DNA of 64,000 nucleotides from contig CATNEN010000007.1 in assembly GCA_950097015.1 (NCBI GenBank), forward strand, positions 8,308,001-8,372,000. The letters run 5' to 3'. Both the position numbers and the translations under genes were made by a program. Below the pieces are notes generated by a model. That model was not told the DNA's origin and did no database searches. It saw nothing but the letters and a program-made list of their open reading frames with translations. The DNA is from Macrostomum hystrix (taxonomy: Eukaryota > Animalia > Platyhelminthes). This document shows, one piece after another, positions 59,725 to 64,000 of the stretch (the stretch's first letter is position 1; each line of letters begins with the position of its first letter).

Positions 59725-62103
59725 GCGCCCCAGCTTCTTTGCCCCGGCTTCTCCGCCCCAGCTTCTCCGCCCCAGCTACTCCGCCCCGGCTTCTCCGCCC
59801 CAGCTTCTCCGCCCCAGCTACTCCGCCCCAGATACTCCGCCCCAGCTTCTCCGCCCCGGCTTCTCCGCCCCAGCTTCTCCGCCCCAGCTACTCCGCCCTG
59901 GCTTCTCCGCCCCAGCTTCTCCGCCCCAGCTACTCCGCCCCAGATACTCCGCCCCAGCTTCTCCGCCCCAGCTTCTCCGCCCCGGTTTCTCCGCCCCGGC
60001 TTCTCCGCCCCAGCTTCTCCGCCCCAGCTACTCCGCCCCAGATACTCCGCCCCAGCTTCTCCGCCCCGGCTTCTCCGCCCCAGCTTCTCCGCCCCAGCTA
60101 CTCCGCCCCGGCTTCTCCGCCCCAGCTTCTCCGCCCCAGCTACTCCGCCCCAGATACTCCGCCCCAGCTTCTCCGCCCCAGCTTCTCCGCCCCAGCTACT
60201 CCGCCCCAGATACTCCGCCCCAGCTTCTCCGCCCCAGCTACTCCGCCCCAGCTACTCCGCCCCAGATACTCCGCCCCAGCTTCTCCGCCCCAGCTTCTCC
60301 GCCCCGGCTTCTCCGCCCCGGCTTCTCCGCCCCAGCTTCTCCGCCCCAGCTTCTCCGCCCCAGCTACTCCGCCCCAGCTACTCCGCCCCAGATACTCCGC
60401 CCCAGCTTCTCCGCCCCAGCTTCTCCGCCCCGGCTTCTCCGCCCCAGCTTCTCCGCCCCAGCTACTCCGCCCCGGCTTCTCCGCCCCAGCTTCTCCGCCC
60501 CAGCTACTCCGCCCCAGATACTCCGCCCCAGCTTCTCCGCCCCAGCTTCTCCGCCCCGGCTTCTCCGCCCCGGCTTCTCCGCCCCAGCTTCTCCGCCCCA
60601 GCTACTCCGCCCTGGCTTCTCCGCCCCAGCTTCTCCGCCCCAGCTACTCCGCCCCAGATACTCCGCCCCAGCTTCTCCGCCCCAGCTTCTCCGCCCCGGT
60701 TTCTCCGCCCCGGCTTCTCCGCCCCAGCTTCTCCGCCCCAGCTACTCCGCCCCAGATACTCCGCCCCAGCTTCTCCGCCCCGGCTTCTCCGCCCCAGCTT
60801 CTCCGCCCCAGCTACTCCGCCCCGGCTTCTCCGCCCCAGCTTCTCCGCCCCAGCTACTCCGCCCCAGATACTCCGCCCCAGCTTCTCCGCCCCAGCTTCT
60901 CCGCCCCAGCTACTCCGCCCCAGATACTCCGCCCCAGCTTCTCCGCCCCAGCTACTCCGCCCCAGCTACTCCGCCCCAGATACTCCGCCCCAGCTTCTCC
61001 GCCCCAGCTTCTCCGCCCCGGCTTCTCCGCCCCGGCTTCTCCGCCCCAGCTTCTCCGCCCCAGCTTCTCCGCCCCAGCTACTCCGCCCCAGCTACTCCGC
61101 CCCAGATACTCCGCCCCAGCTTCTCCGCCCCAGCTTCTCCGCCCCGGCTTCTCCGCCCCAGCTTCTCCGCCCCAGCTACTCCGCCCCGGCTTCTCCGCCC
61201 CAGCTTCTCCGCCCCAGCTACTCCGCCCCAGATACTCCGCCCCAGCTTCTCCGCCCCAGCTTCTCCGCCCCGGCTTCTCCGCCCCGGCTTCTCCGCCCCA
61301 GCTTCTCCGCCCCAGCTTCTCCGCCCCAGCTACTCCGCCCCAGCTACTCCGCCCCAGATACTCCGCCCCAGCTTCTCCGCCCCAGCTTCTCCGCCCCGGC
61401 TTCTCCGCCCCAGCTTCTCCGCCCCAGCTACTCCGCCCCGGCTTCTCCGCCCCAGCTTCTCCGCCCCAGCTACTCCGCCCCAGATACTCCGCCCCAGCTT
61501 CTCCGCCCCAGCTTCTCCGCCCCAGCTACTCCGCCCCAGATACTCCGCCCCAGCTTCTCCGCCCCAGCTACTCCGCCCCAGCTACTCCGCCCCAGATACT
61601 CCGCCCCAGCTTCTCCGCCCCAGCTTCTCCGCCCCGGCTTCTCCGCCCCGGCTTCTCCGCCCCAGCTTCTCCGCCCCAGCTTCTCCGCCCCAGCTACTCC
61701 GCCCCAGCTACTCCGCCCCAGATACTCCGCCCCAGCTTCTCCGCCCCAGCTTCTCCGCCCCGGCTTCTCCGCCCCGGCTTCTCCGCCCCAGCTTCTCCGC
61801 CCCAGCTACTCCGCCCCAGATACTCCGCCCCAGCTTCTCCGCCCCAGCTACTCCGCCCCAGCTACTCCGCCCCAGATACTCCGCCCCAGCTTCTCCGCCC
61901 CAGCTTCTCCGCCCCGGCTTCTCCGCCCCGGCTTCTCCGCCCCAGCTTCTCCGCCCCAGCTACTCCGCCCCAGCTTCTCCGCCCCAGCTTCTCCGCCCCA
62001 GCTACTCCGCCCCGGCTTCTCCGCCCCGGCTTCTCCGCCCCGGCTTCTCCGCCCCGGCTTCTCCGCCCCGGCTTCTCCGCCCCGGCTTCTCCGCCCCAGC
62101 TTC
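59725..62103. repeat. 14-bp GC-rich minisatellite (about 170 copies)
   Basis: CTCCGCCCC(A/G)GCT(T/A), plus a CTCCGCCCCAGATA variant. Confidence 0.97.
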
Positions 62104-62784
62104 AGTGCATGACTCGTGCCTAAAAGTGCTTAGCGAGTGGCTGGCCCGGCCGCACCTTTTTATTCCTCACCCCTCTGTTTGTGTGCCTGCTGGATAAAGA
62201 CAGTTTCAGTGACAGGCGGGGCTGAGAGACAAAGGAAGGCGGGATTACAGCGTCCGCACAGGGGGGGCGGAGCCCGCAGCTGCCCTGTGTGCGCTGAATT
62301 ATTCGACTGTGGCAGGGGGGAGGAGGGAAGAGAAAGCAGCAAACCTGACAAAGAATTGTAGGATTGTTTCCTCCCGTCCTCCAAGCGGCTCCGATCAGCC
62401 CGGCTGATCCCATCCGCAATGTTCTGCATCTAGTCCAGCCGGACAAAGCGGACTCAAGCTCAGGCGCCGCTTGCTCACGTGTGCTCACCTGGGTCTATTT
62501 GTGGCCGCGTTTAGCCGCAATGAATGATCGATTTGGGCCTCGGTGTTGTCGGTGGCTTGGCCGAGAACAATGAGAATGGAACTCCATTCGCATTATTACC
62601 CTGACCGCAAGTTGGGGCAGGAATGTGGGACTAACTGGGCTAACGAGAGGGCTACCCATCACTCTTAATCAGGTCGCTGTCACGTGTTTACTACTCAGTC
62701 AATTCGACCAATGTTGCTGGATGTGCGTAGATTACACTCCTACTCACTGCGACAGCTGGTCCCCTGGCCCAAATTATAACCGCT

Positions 62785-63375
62785 GGACAAGTAGATTTAT
62801 GGACAAGTATGAATCGATGGACAAGTAGATTGATGGACAAGTATGAATCGATGGACAAGTATGAACCGATGGACAAGTAGATCGATGGACAAGTAGATCG
62901 ATGGACAAGAAGATCGATGGACAAGTAGATCGATGGACAAGTAGATCGATGGACAAGTATGAATCGATGGACAAGTATGAATCGATGGACAAGTATGAAT
63001 CGATGGACAAGTATGAACCGATGGACAAGTAGATCGATGGACAAGTAGATCGATGGACAAGAAGATCGATGGACAAGTAGATCGATGGACAAGTAGATCG
63101 ATGGACAAGTAGATCGATGGACAAGAAGATCGATGGACAAGAAGATCGATGGACAAGTAGATCGATGGACAAGAAGATCGATGGACAAGTAGATCGATGG
63201 ACAAGTAGATCGATGGACAAGTAGATCGATGGACAAGAAGATCGATGGACAAGAAGATCGATGGACAAGTAGATCGATGGACAAGAAGATCGATGGACAA
63301 GTAGATCGATGTACAAGAATGAATCGATGGACAAGTAGATCGATGTACAAGAATGAATCGATGGACAAGTAGATT
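62785..63375. repeat. 16/18-bp minisatellite
   Basis: GATCGATGGACAAG(T/A)A and GAATCGATGGACAAGTAT. Confidence 0.94.
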
Positions 63376-63693
63376 AAAAACTAATAAAAATGGTTCTTTC
63401 CGCTAGAATAGTTCAACAAATATGACTAATTGGGAGACAGTGAAATTGACAGGCAGTTAATTCTCTGATTGCTGATAGACAAGCAGCAGGGAGGTGCAGC
63501 TGCACTACCACGGCGGCATCCCATCAGTCCCCGTGTCCTCAAATCAGATGGCAATTAATTAAGAAGCAGAAATTTTAGACTAGGTTGCTGTGTAAGTTTT
63601 GGGGCGCCTTGACTTGCAGCAACAGCTGTTGCTAGGACAAAATATTTCAGTGGGAGCTCCAATGGAGCTTCAACAGTAGAATTTTCCTGACAT

Positions 63694-64000
63694 CACCCTG
63701 CAGAGAGACTGTTTCATCTGCCCTTCACCCTGCAGAGAGACTGTTTCATCTGCCCCTCACCCTGCAGAGAGACTGTTTCATCTGCCCCTCACCCTGCAGA
63801 GAGACTGTTTCATCTGCCCTTCACCCTGCAGAGAGACTGTTTCATCTGCCCCTCACCCTGCAGAGAGACTGTTTCATCTGCCCCTCACCCTGCAGAGAGA
63901 CTGTTTCATCTGCCCCTCACCCTGCAGAGAGACTGTTTCATCTGCCTCTCACCCTACAGAGAGACTGTTTCATCTGCCCCTCACCCTACAGAGAGACTGT
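63694..64000. repeat. 32-bp minisatellite running off the window end
   Basis: CACCCTGCAGAGAGACTGTTTCATCTGCCCCT tandem. Confidence 0.95.

Overview
Eukaryotic (animal) genomic DNA. The GC-rich exons with Gln/Ala/Gly runs and the very dense, locus-specific minisatellites suggest a free-living flatworm such as Macrostomum; this is an inference. Four spliced genes can be assembled with GT-AG sites and consistent exon phases. On the minus strand, in tandem: an ERG-type (KCNH2/6/7-like) K+ channel (about 52.1 kb down to 42,322), CCDC66 (39,402 to 24,546) and a UPF0489/C5orf22-family gene (about 23.0 kb to 8,911). A two-exon SID-1 family transmembrane gene (29,546-33,066, plus strand) is nested antisense inside a CCDC66 intron. 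A full-length but decayed Ty3/gypsy (Mag-like) LTR retrotransposon (13,324-18,514, TSD GTTTA) sits in an intron of the UPF0489 gene. It carries an 883-bp solo LTR of another family inside its 3' LTR (TSD CTAG), and that solo LTR contains a spliced-leader-like motif. There are also tRNA-derived SINEs and more than 30 unrelated tandem arrays. Many arrays start right next to splice sites, and some are built from perfect transcription-factor motifs. No CRISPR, rRNA or convincing tRNA gene was found; most long ORFs in the ORF track are minisatellite artefacts.
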